DNA from: Neocallimastix sp. 'constans' | Taxonomy: Eukaryota | Direction of reading: 5' to 3' | Assembly (NCBI GenBank): GCA_050613775.1 | Contig: JBODTK010000010.1 | Location: 1,488,001 to 1,552,000, forward strand | Length of the DNA: 64,000 bases | Part shown: in pieces, positions 13,946-26,886 of the stretch | How the letters are laid out: the number at the start of each line of letters is the position of its first letter | Numbering within the stretch: the stretch's first letter is position 1 | Made by a program: the position numbers and the translations under genes | Notes under the pieces: model-generated | What the model was told of the DNA's origin: nothing | The model's input: only the letters and a program-made list of their open reading frames with translations | The model's database searches: none

Positions 13946-14334
13946 ATATTATGTTCAAATTGAACAAATAATATGTTTTTTTTTTTTAATAATTTTGTGT
14001 TTTTTAAGAAATATATATGTACTTTATAAATGAATAAATAAATAAAGTTAAAGTTACAATAATTGAGTCTATAAATATATATATAAATATATATTTATAT
14101 AAATTTTAAATTTTTAAATATTGTATTTTATAATAAAAATATATATATATATATATTTAATTAATAAGAAATTAATGTGAAAAAAAAAATTCTATTATTA
14201 AATATATTATAAAATTAATAATTTTTATATTTTTACTAATTTAAAAAAAAATATTGATTATAAAATTTTTTGAAAATAAATTTATTTTTATATTATAGAA
14301 TAACACCTTTATAGTAATTTTAATTATAAATTAC

Positions 14335-14948
14335 TATGGAAGTATTTCAAACAAAATGGTTCACACAATACAATGAAGATATATTTGCAGATGGTACATT
14401 TTATATTGAGCCAAAATTTAGTTATCAAGTGTTCATTACTAGAACATATGCTGGAAAAAATAAATAGTTTTTACACTACTTTCATTTCAATATTAAATTA
14501 TAGAAAAAACAATCCACTTACGAAACATTATAATTTTTTTTCATATAAAAATATTAAATATTGTATTTGGCACTTTAAAAGATCATTAGAAATTTAAAAA
14601 AAAATAGATTATATTTTAATGAAATTGATAAAAAATAAATAAAAAAAAATGCAAGTAAATTTGGTAACAGTATTGTTATTTCTCCAATTAATTTTTATTG
14701 TGACTTTGAAAAAGGCATATCAAATGCAGCAAAAAAAAAAAAAAAATTTTTTCCATATAAAAATATCAAATATTGTATTTGGCACTTTAAAAGATCATTT
14801 GAAATTCAAAAAAAAACAAAAAAAAAAAAAAGATTATATTCTAATGAAATTGGTAAAAATAATAATTTATATACTTATTATAAAGCTATTTCGAATTTTC
14901 CATTTATTAACCCTATTTATATATCACGCATTTACTCAAAATAAAAAA

Positions 14949-14998
<50 letters not shown>

Positions 14999-15415
14999 AA
15001 TATAATAATATTTTTTAGAATTTTTAGAATATTTTAAAATAAATTATTTAAATAAATATAATGCAAATAACTGGAATTATTATAGAACACCTTACAAATA
15101 ATGCATCAGAATCTTTTAATAATTATTTAAATAATCTTTTTTCAAAAAAAACCTACTTTTTATAAATTAATAATTGCATTGAAGAAAGAAGAAGCCTTAT
15201 CATATAATGATTACGATAAGAGAATTAGAGGATTTTTTAAAAAATAAAATAAAATAAAATAAAATAAAAACTATTAATAGAACTGATGAAATTAAGGCTT
15301 TAATTGAATGTTATAAAAATAAAGAAGAAAAATTAATTTGTATTGAATGCGATGATGATGATATAGTTGAATTATGTTACGATTGTTTAATTCATTTAAA
15401 TAATATAAAATACTA
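14335..15415 (+). pseudogene. Decayed Mutator (MULE) transposase
   Basis: Broken frames give EDIFADGTFYI, IKYCIWHFKR (CxxH) and HLTNNASESFNNYLN (catalytic E region). ~14537-14630 is internally duplicated at ~14750-14860. Confidence 0.75.
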
Positions 15416-15544
15416 ATTTTTTATAAATTAGTATTTTTCTAACCTTTTTTAATTAAGATTATAATTTTAAAAGACATTATTTTTTAGTTTTTTTATAAAT
15501 TAAATTATAATTAAATCTGATCCATTTGATAATAGTTATTTTTT

Positions 15545-15762
15545 TATTAATATAAATATCAATATTATATAAAATATCAATATTATATAGTATTTTTTTT
15601 ATTTACATCAATATTATATAGAATATAAATATTATATAGTTTTTTTTTTTATTAACATCAATATTATATAGAATATCAATATTATATAGTATTTTTTTTA
15701 TTAATATTAACATCAAATATTATATAGTATTTTTTTATTAATATCAACATCAATATTATATG
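15545..15762. repeat. Imperfect tandem array of ATCAATATTATATAG units (probable MULE subterminal repeats)
   Basis: Unit repeated directly downstream of the transposase relic; the same unit recurs at 22354-22490. Confidence 0.65.
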
Positions 15763-18700
15763 AAAGGATCGCTGTCATAGTTCTTATTAACCGATTGAGA
15801 ATATTTATGTAAAGGAAAATCATCTACTACTATCGATAATTTAATATTATCAATATTATAACCATATCCTATAATAATAGGTCGATTATTATGAATTAAT
15901 AATTCCCAATTATAAAAAAAATGTTTTAAATGGCATATTACTTTTTTTTGAATATTATTTATAAAATTATATCATTAAATTATCATCATTCATTTTTTTA
16001 AAAAAAAAAATGTTATAACTTTATCAGATTTGAATTTGTGATTTATTAATAAAGGTATTAGTAATTTCTAACTATGAATATTTCAATTATTTTGTATTAT
16101 AAGTATCCGTCAAAATTTTTATTATACAATATTAGATATCTGTAGATATCAAAATAATGATTTTTGTAATTTTTATTAAATGATGGGATTTATATTATTA
16201 AATATCTCCTCAATATTTTCCTTAAACTTTTTTGTCGTCAATATTGCTGATATCAGAATTTGGATTTACTTTACTTTTAATTATAAAGATCGAATATAAT
16301 AAAGGGATGTTTATTTGTTTGAATAAATTCTTCTGTTTCTTTAATTATGTTTTCTTCAAATATATGTTTTATTAAAAAATCGACAAAATCATTTATGAGA
16401 TTTGGATTAACAAATTTACCAGGAGCTGGAGTTTTTAATTTTTGTTGTATTTTTTTAAATAAATTTTTGTCAATGAATCCATTTTTCAATAATTGAAAAG
16501 TAAGTAATTACGTTTTTTTCTGTCATTTTCCTTCGTATTAAATTTTATATTTGTGAAGTTTTTAAATAAAAATTATTTGTATAAGTATCTCTAAATTTAA
16601 TTGACATTAATTTTATATAATGCAACGTAGAATTTAATCTTTACACCTACATATGGATATATATACAGAATGATATTAATATTTCTAAAGTTTAATAAAT
16701 ATATTATTATTTATGTAAAAATGTAAAGACTAAATTACTATGTAATATATAAATATAATATAACTATAGTAAAATAAGTTTAAATACAATATTATTATTA
16801 CCATTTAATAATATGAATTTAATCATTTTCCTTTATTATCAATTTATTACCATTTATTATTCCATCTTATTAGAAAAAAAAAGTATTTTATATAATTAGG
16901 TCACATGAATGTGGCTTTCTTAACGATTTTTTCATTAATAAATAACTTGTAATATATATTTTAAATTAAATCTATTAGTCCTTTCTTTAAATTATATTCT
17001 TTTAATTTTTTTTATTTAAATCAATAATAAATCGATTCATTTTGGTAAATATATACTCTGAAAATTAATAAAATTAAAATAATCAGTATTAGACTTTTAA
17101 AATTTAAATATTTAATTTAAAGTTAACGATCGATAATTCAACTTTTATTTAAACAAATGATTTATTTATTTTTTAAATTAAATTTATAAAATATTTAAAT
17201 ATTTATTTAAAAACTAATAAAAGATGTCTGAAGTTGTCAACGATTTATCAAAAAAGGAGATATGACGAAATTCGTCGTACGGTCATTACTGATTCTTTCG
17301 AAATCGTTCTTAATACTATTACACAACAAACTGAAATAAATGAAAAGGATAAAACCTTTACGAATAAAAAAAATTAACAAAAACCATCGAACTAATGCAT
17401 AAGTTACTTTGTGAATCCAATTAATGAAAGAATACCACCTTGAAATTATAAAGACTATAAAACCCAAAATCAATGCTCAGCTAAATAACGCCTTTTGCTT
17501 CAAACCCGCTTTGAAAAACAACGGTACAAAAAAAAAAAAGAAACATTCGATGATATTCTTGTAATATTTTCACCAAATATTTCTTCTGCACTGGAAATTT
17601 CTTATAATGAGGTGAAAATTGAAAATAGATATCAAATCTAGAGAAATCGATGCCTATTTTCATTTCTTTATATTTCCTTTTAGTTATTGATGATAAAGAA
17701 TATGTGATTACCTATGTAGAAGAAAATAAGTATTCAAAACATAAAATAATTGAAGTTCTTTACGACAATATCAAAGTGGATGAAAGTATCATTACTCAAA
17801 AAATCAGAAATAAATATAATTTTTATTATTATTTTATTAGCTATGAAACGTTAAGATGGATTAAATAACTTTATAATTCTTTATTTGTTACAATCATTAT
17901 CGAATACTTAATTTTTTATTTAATTAAAAATTTAAAATAAAATATATTATTATGAAATATATATAAAATATAGATTAATAATAATTGTTAATAATTATAT
18001 AATAAAATAATGTAAATATAATAATTGATGTAAAATAATTGAATTCATTGAAAATTTTTATTGATATTTCTGAAATAATAACCATATAAATAAAAATTAA
18101 AAAATAAATAAAAATTAAAATTTTTAATTACATTTAATTTAATTTGGTGTAATTTTATTTTTTTTATTTATTATAATTGTTATTAATAAATTTATTATTT
18201 TTTTTTTTTTTTTTAAGTTTTATTATTATTTATTTTATATACATATACATATACTTCTTTATTTAAAATATTAATTAATGTTTTTTTTTTTTTTTTTTTT
18301 AATCCTTGTTGATTTTTATTGATTGTTCTTTTAATTTTTAAAAGTATATTTAATAATATTGCAAGTAAATTTTTCAATAGTAATTTTTAAAACAGACAAA
18401 TTTAATAACTAGCAATTTAATTGAATAAATATTATTTCTTTTTTTTTTTTAAAATGAAAATTAATTTATAAAATAATAGATACACATATAACATAAAATA
18501 TATAAATTTTATATTGATGGTTTCTTCAGAAGAAAAAAAGACAGAAGTTCTAATAACCATCATCCGATAATTTATTTCTTAATTGCACTTTTGAAATATG
18601 ATAAAAGTAAACAAACCACAAATCGTACAAACTATTGAATAAATATTTCGAAGAAAATAATATAAGAACATCGGATGAAGATAATAGTATTGATGGTGAA

Positions 18701-18944
18701 ATAAAAGAAAACAAATAAACGAAATAAATGAGAAACTTGGTAATATAAATATCGATGGGAATGATTATTCAAAAAATAAACGAATAAAGACGGATATTTT
18801 TGATATTATTTACAATTACACTGATGAGTATGGGGAACGTGTAGTTAATATGACAAGATTAATGACGATTAAAAAGTACTTCAGTAAAGCTGTAATAAAT
18901 AGCAAAATTATTTTTTCGCTGGATTTTGGAGTAGATGTCGAACC

Positions 18945-20512
18945 AGATATAAGGCACCATTCATCATTTTCAACTCCTCAAGTACCTGTTTCATCCGTGT
19001 ATGCAACTTCAGTTATTTCTGGAGAACAACATGGATAATCGTCTACTGAACAATAGACGATTATCCATGTTGTTCTTCATATCTTTGTTGGTTAATTATT
19101 ATTCTACGTTGTAAACATGCATTTTCTGTTGATGTTATATAATAATCGAAATCTGTATATGCAACAAAACCATCTATTTGAACAACATCGCTGGATTCGC
19201 TTCGTTTAGTTTTTGAAGATGTATTTGAAGGTAAATTTGTACTATCACGTATTTTACGCACTAAATCGTTAGTAGGGTAATCTAGAACAAACCAGTGATT
19301 ATGAAGTTTTTTATTTTTATCAAGATATTTTGATAAATTATTGTTCATTACTTCTGCCTCAACAGTTTATTCCCTGAAGATTAGCAGCACCTTGTATATT
19401 CATAAGATCAATAGTGAAAACAGTCGTATTAGTTGGTTCATAAAAAGAATTAGTTAAACTAGAATATGGTGAATATTCAGTATTTTTACTTACGTGCTAA
19501 CAAAACTATCTTACCTCGTACATCTTTAAGTATAGGATATATTTCTTCACCAGTATAGAAAAATTCTTTGTATTTTTTATCATATTTTGCTGCTTCATTT
19601 AATACACTACCATTAGCTATTGCTTGGATCAAATCATCTATAGTGTCGAATCCTCCGGGAATTTTTACTTTTATAGCGTCATCCTTTAAATGCATAATAA
19701 CAGTTTCTTTTTCGTAAAGATGTAAAAAATCAATAGCTTCATTAAATACATCGCTTAAATAATATTTCTTTCCTGTATTTCTATTCATACAATCGAGTCC
19801 ACCATGAGTAAGATATATCTCCTCCTTTTCATCGTTTGATTCAAGTCTTATATCGAAATATCTGACTCCATTCATCAATTGGTCATAAATATTTGCCTCT
19901 TGAGTGCGACCATAGTCATCTCTAATAGGTAGTAAATTAAATCCAGTATCCCCTATAGCATATGTTCCACTATCATGAGTTCCTGGAATATTAATTTGGT
20001 TAATTTGTATATTATCGGGAAGATTTTCTATCCATTTGGTATCTTTATCATCTCTTGCAATTCTATACCAACCATATTCAGTTAAGGCCATTTCAACATT
20101 AGTCTTGTTTTTAGGATCTTGATAAATATCTCGATCATAATAGCGAACTCGGTTAAACTCAATCCTTTGATTGTAAGATGCACCCCCAATCAACATTGGT
20201 TTAACCCAAGCAACATTGATCACTTTTAATATTAACATAACCTTTAATGTTACAGTTATCAGGACAATTTCTATTGTTTGGAACAAAATTCATATCAGTA
20301 TGCTCATTTCTATTATAGCAATCATATAACTTATCATGAAAAAAGGTTTCCTCACGTTTCTTACAAATATATACCACGTTACAATTATCTTCTTCAATAC
20401 ATAAGTAAGCTTCAGTTGTTGTATTATCTAATTCAATGTATTGGCCACGATTTTTCGCACCCAGTACATTTTCGACTAATATTATCGCAATAATAGCAGA
20501 AAAAATTAACAT
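18945..20512 (-). pseudogene. Secreted bacterial-type PI-PLC X-domain protein with C-terminal fungal dockerin (CBM10-like), frameshifted
   Basis: Signal peptide and Cys-rich N-terminus in 20201-20512. INIPGTHDSG, GVRYFDIRL, LTHG, ETVIMHLK and VRGKIVLLAR in 19486-20286. WFVLDYP in 19061-19348. YCSVDDYPCCSPEITEVAYTDETGT*GVENDEWCLI at ~18950-19058. Confidence 0.8.
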
Positions 20513-20821
20513 TTTAAGTATCTATTATCTATGATTCACAATTTATAAACAATCTTTGTAGTTATCTTAAATAACTTTTTTTTATTTGTTATAAATTAAC
20601 CAAATCATTTTATTCGATATAAATTAAATAGTATTATACTAACATTACAATATAATAATATTAAACACTGAATATAATGTGCAATATAATATATATTAAA
20701 TATTGGCTAACTATATAAATCAATACTCTTTATACTTTAATCGTTAGTGAAGTTTTAAAATATAGATGATACATTTTGATACCAAATTCTTGCATTTTGG
20801 TTTAACGAATATACTTAAGGT

Positions 20822-21510
20822 TTAATTAATACCTGTATATTGTTTGTTGGATTCAGTATTACTAACTTTAGTATTAGAGTTATAACAAGCAATACAACAT
20901 ACAATGATTACAATTATAATCAAAAATCCTAGAGTACTAAGAAATTTAAGAGTATATTCAATGTCAGTTTCTCCATCAGGTTGTTCAGGGTAGTGGCATA
21001 AGCCATCACAATCTCCTTCTGCATATTCATCTCTAGTGGTACAAGGATCTACGCAATGTCCATCTACGCAAAGCTTGATATCTCGTTTTCATTAAATACG
21101 CAATCATTGTTTACACACTTACTTGTAAAACATTGAGAATCTTTACTGCATTTAACGGAAGTTTTATCAGCTTTTTTAGGATTATAAAAATTTACATATG
21201 GAAACGTTATATATCTATTGACTTTATTTTTTTGATGCTCGGAATTGTTGTTTGGTAGTGAGGTGTTAGTGTTTATTGGAATTTCGATAAATGGGTGCTT
21301 AATTTCTTTATCGGCTTTAAAACAGTATGAGCCTTTACATAAGCTCGCCTGACAAAATTCGCATTCTTCAATAGAATTAGTAGTTGTATTTACATGGTAG
21401 GCATATTCGTAAGGAAGATCATCTGATTCGACGTCATATACCTTAGAGTAACCACACTGAAAATATAATGCAAAAAATGTATATATTACTAAAATAAAGC
21501 AAAGCGACAT
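20822..21510 (-). pseudogene. Small Cys-rich single-pass membrane protein, disrupted
   Basis: Signal peptide and CSKDSQCFTSKCVNNDCVFN. After a stop/shift at ~21062 it continues GHCVDPC...CDGLCHYP...LGFLIIIVIIVCCIAC (TM) to a stop at 20822. Confidence 0.6.
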
Positions 21511-21812
21511 TGCAGTTACTTATAAATTTTCATATATATAAATCGTAATATGGTTATTATGTATTTGTTTAATGTTGTTCAAATATTTATATATAATTTT
21601 ATTATATTTTTTTTGATATATTTATTTTTTATATAATACTACAAATCAATTTATTTATATTATAGTATTATATTTTGAGTAATATATAATTATATTTTAA
21701 ATTTAATATCTATATTTATTTAATTTTAGTTTTTTGCATAATATTATATTTTACAAGTTTATCAGTACAAATATGCTTAGTTTTAAAATATTTATAGATA
21801 CTGTATATTTAA

Positions 21813-21992
21813 ATTATTACGTAATAAATAGACTGCACATACTGGGTACCCATCTCCCAATATGGCCATACAGTTATTAATTAACTGTAAGGTGACGAGT
21901 TATTGGCATACTGTATCAGCTTCGCCGCTCTCAATCGTCGTTACACACTGCCCGGAGATGCATTCCTAACGTTCCTATTATTACGTAATAAA
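21813..21992. other. Isolated GC-rich, self-complementary island bounded by palindromic 16-bp repeats (candidate structured RNA or small element)
   Basis: ATTATTACGTAATAAA at 21813-21828 and 21977-21992. Internal stems TACAGTTA/TAACTGTA, CATCTCC/GGAGATG and CCAATA/TATTGG. Confidence 0.45.
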
Positions 21993-22353
21993 GTATAAAT
22001 AATAATTAAAGTTTAATATTATTTATAATAGATAACAGAAATAAATATAAGCTAAACAAAATAAACCAATTATGTTAAATAATTATTCCCCATTATATTT
22101 ATTTGTTTTTATATTGATATTTATTTTATTCTTGTTATTTAATTAAACAACTTCTGCTGATTTTCTATTTATTTCTTAATAGAGATTTAACATTGCTTTA
22201 AATTCAAATATATAATCTTTGTTATTATTTAATAATCCCTACAATATACTAAAATAAACAATAATTTTTTTTATATATACCAGTCAACAAATGTTTTTAA
22301 TATTAACTTTGTGATAAATATTCTTTTTACTAGAAATAATTACAATAAGCACT

Positions 22354-22706
22354 CAATATTAATGTTGATATTAATAAAAAAATACTATATTAGTATTTTT
22401 TTTTATTAATATTAATATTATATAGAATATCAATATTATATAGTTATTTTTATTATTAATATCAATATCAATATTATATAGTTTTTTTATTTTATTAAAA
22501 TTTTAATAATAAAATAAAACTAAAAATTGATAGAAATTAAGATATAACATTTTTAACATATTTATTTATTTATTTATTTATTTATTTATTTTATTTATTA
22601 AAAATATTAAATTATTATTTAATATTATTTATTTATTTATTTTATTTATTTTATTTATTTATTTATATGTTTATTTTTAGCCACTTATTGCGAAATGCAC
22701 ACTCCC
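22354..22706. mobile_element. Right end of a Mutator-like element (subterminal repeats + TIR)
   Basis: ATCAATATTATATAG repeats, then TTGCGAAATGCACACTCCC (22688-22706), which matches the MITE TIR. Confidence 0.6.
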
Positions 22707-23271
22707 ATATTTTACATTACATAATAATATAAAATTAATAAGAAATAAGAATTTTTTTTTTTTTATATAAATATTCCTTTCTATAATAATAACAAATTTA
22801 ATATTTCATGTTTAATAATGTTACAATTTAAGAAAAATAAATTAAATATATAATATAATAAATAATGAAGTAATATAAAAGATTAAAGTATTAATAAAAT
22901 AAAATAAAATAAAATAAATAGTTGAAATAATATTTATATTTAATTTTTTTTTATTAATATAGTTTTAAAATAAAGTATTAAAACTCTTATTAAGAATCTA
23001 CTAAATAGTCATTAGTTTAAGATATAAAACATAAAATAATAAATCTCTATAATTATTATTTATAAGTAATTACAGGAAAAATACGATAATTGTATAATTT
23101 AAGTATTCTATTTTCCTATTATTTATTTATTTTTTTTAATTTATCTTTATAATTTGAGTGATATTAATTATTAAAATTTATTAAATCTTATTTTATTATT
23201 GCATAAACTATTCTATAATTTTATTTTATTTTGTTTTATTTTAAAATAATATAAAATTTAAAATATAAAAC

Positions 23272-23450
<179 letters not shown>

Positions 23451-23782
23451 TAATCAAAAGTTTACTTTAAAACATGATAAAATTTATATTAAAATAAAGA
23501 TATTATAATTAATAAATAAAAAAAATTATAATAAATATAAATTTAATAAAATAAAACAAGGAAAAATGAAATATTAATAGTATCATTTCTATTATTTATT
23601 TATTATCTTTTTTTTTAAAACTTTTTTTAAAAATTAATTATTACGTTTCAATATTAAAAGATAAATGTATTTATACAAATATTGAAAAACTTTAATAATA
23701 TCAGTAAAAATTATTTTTAATTGTTTTTTATCCTCTTTTTAATTTATATATTATTTATATTTATTATACGAGAATTTTTATT

Positions 23783-23815
<33 letters not shown>

Positions 23816-24019
23816 ACATCTAAAACAAGGGAACGTTTTATTAAACAATTTTTAACATTATAATAAAATAATAAAACTTTAAAATTATACAAATTAATAC
23901 TTTTAAATTCTTTATGTATATACTCCTTAACTTTTTTCATTATTAATTATTAATTTTTATAAAATTTTATTATTTTCAATTATTATCATATTTCAAAAAT
24001 TTTTATAAAATGTTTTAAT

Positions 24020-24233
<214 letters not shown>

Positions 24234-24789
24234 CATAAACGAATAAGAAAAAAGAATAAAGATGTAATTTAATATATTGTTAATAACAAAATAATTAATG
24301 TTTAAAATAATATTTGTTATTTAATGTTCGTAATAGCAAAATGGATTTAACATATTATTAATACTAATAATTTTTAAATGAAAAATATATCAATCATACA
24401 CCAATCAAATCATTAATACATAATGTATTTTAACAATTCGGACCAATATATTAAGAATTTTAATACATTTAAATATTTCATAATGTACAAATTGTAAAGT
24501 ATTAATTTTCATTTTCATTTTCATTTTCATTTTATTTTATTTTAATTATTTTATTATTTAATAAATCCATTAATGAACTTCATATTTAACATCAGATTGA
24601 TGTTGTTGATGTTAAATATAATTTACGGTTGAATTATCATTTACTTTATTTAATTCTTTTAAATTTGTTATTGTATCATTAAATTTTTTTTTATATATTT
24701 TGAATAACGAATAATAGATATATAACAAATAATGAATTATGGATGATTATATAATGAAAATATTTTGAATGATAAATAATAAATATTAA

Positions 24790-25625
24790 ATATTAAATAA
24801 TAAATAATAAATAATAAATAATAAAAATAGTATTTATTAATAATTAATTGAATAATAATTAATTGAATAATAAATAATAAATAATAAATAATAAATAATA
24901 AATAATAAATAATAAATAATAAATAATAAATAATAAATAATAAATAATAAATAATAAATAATAAATAATAAATAATAAATAATTGAATTATAATAATAAA
25001 TTATAAATAATAAATAATAAATAATTAAATAATGAATAATAAATAATTAAATAATGAATAATAAATAATGAATTAATGAATATTTTATTAAATTAATAAA
25101 CATATTTAAATAAAAAAAAAGAGAAGAAAAGATAAAGGAATTATTGTATAAAATATAAACTTTCAAATCTTTTGATATGTTTTTAATATTTTATGATAAT
25201 AATGATAATAATAATAAAAAATAAATTTCTATTAATTTAATAAATTTTTATTTTTTTTTTATTTTTATTTTTTGATATTATTCTTTTTTTTTTTTTAATT
25301 ATTTAATAATTTATTTTTAAAATTTTAAAACTATTAATTATTTAAATATTTAATTAATTTTTAATATCCAAAAAAAAAAGCTTTCATTCATTATTTATAT
25401 ATTCAAAGTAATTAATTAATAAATAATAAATAATTGAATAATAAAAAGAGTATTTATTAATAAATAATAAATAATAAATAATAAGTAATAAATGATAAAT
25501 AATAAATAATAAATAATAAATAATAAATAATAAATAATAAATAATAAATAATAAATAATAAATAATAAATAATAAATAATAAATAATAAATAATAAATAA
25601 TAAATAATAAATAATAAATAATAAA
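24790..25625. repeat. Two tracts of the 7-mer AATAAAT (~24790-25070 and ~25457-25625)
   Basis: Directly visible. Confidence 0.9.
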
Positions 25626-26182
25626 AAAAAAGTTTTAGTATTAAAAAATAAATTTAATAATACAAAAAAAATAATATAGATTAAAATTATAAAAATTGAA
25701 AAAAAAGCGGCACATTTTTTAAATTAAAAAAATATTTTATTGACAAAATTAGTAAATAGATAATTAAATTTATATAAATATGGTAATATAGAATAGAAAA
25801 AAATAAATTAAAAAATTTAACCGTTTTACAGAAAACGGAATAAAAAAAAAAAAAGAAAAATTAAAAATTAAAAATTAAAAATTAAAAAAAATTAAAAAAA
25901 ATTAAAAAATAAAAAATAAAATAGTGGTGGTGGGGTGGTGGTAATAAAAATTTAGAGGAGGAGATTGAAGTACAGATTGATGAAATAAAGTTAAGTAGTG
26001 AAGTTGATATTAATATAAAATATAGATTGAATAAAGTAAAATAAAGTAATAATCTTTACATAATATTTAATTATTTCCTTTATTATTCAATCTTTAGAAC
26101 TAAATTTTTTGTTTTTGAAAAAGTCTTTTTAATTATTTATTTTTATAAGATAATTTAATGTATTTCCTTTTTTTTTTTCCTG

Positions 26183-26219
<37 letters not shown>

Positions 26220-26549
26220 CCTTCAAAGGAATCCATCTTAATCTTAAATCATTTAATAATAATTAAAATTTATTATTTATTTAATAATTATACATGTTTT
26301 TTTTTTTATTTAAAATATTATTTAAATAAATATAAATAAAAATTTATAAAAGAGGTATATAGTAAATAAAACTTTAAATAATTATAACTTTCCAAGTATG
26401 TAACTATTATTGTTGGTACAGTTAAATATAATCAGTAATAATGATGATAATAATTTCAATGTAAATAATTATTATTAATAACTATTAAATAAATAAATAA
26501 AATATACATATTTTATAATAAACATGTAACATATAAAATAATAAAATTT

Positions 26550-26886
26550 AAATAATAAAATATAAGAAATAATAAAATATAAGAAATAATAAAATATAAG
26601 AAATAATAAAATATAAGAAATAATAAAATATAAGAAATAATAAAATATAAGAAATAATAAAATATAAGAAATAATAAAATATAAGAAATAATAAAATACA
26701 AGAAATAATAAAATATAAGAAATAATAAAATATAAGAAATAATAAAATATAAGAAATAATAAAATATAAGAAATAATAAAATATAAGAAATAATAAAATA
26801 TAAGAAATAATAAAATATAAGAAATAATAAAATATAAGAAATAATAAAATATAAGAAATAATAAAATATAAGAAATAATAAAATAT
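26550..26886. repeat. 17-bp minisatellite AAATAATAAAATATAAG, about 20 copies
   Basis: Near-perfect tandem array with one T>C variant unit. Confidence 0.95.

Noticed and set aside
26550..26886. Repeat array as CRISPR or telomere
   Set aside because: Contiguous 17-mers without spacers, not G-rich and internal.
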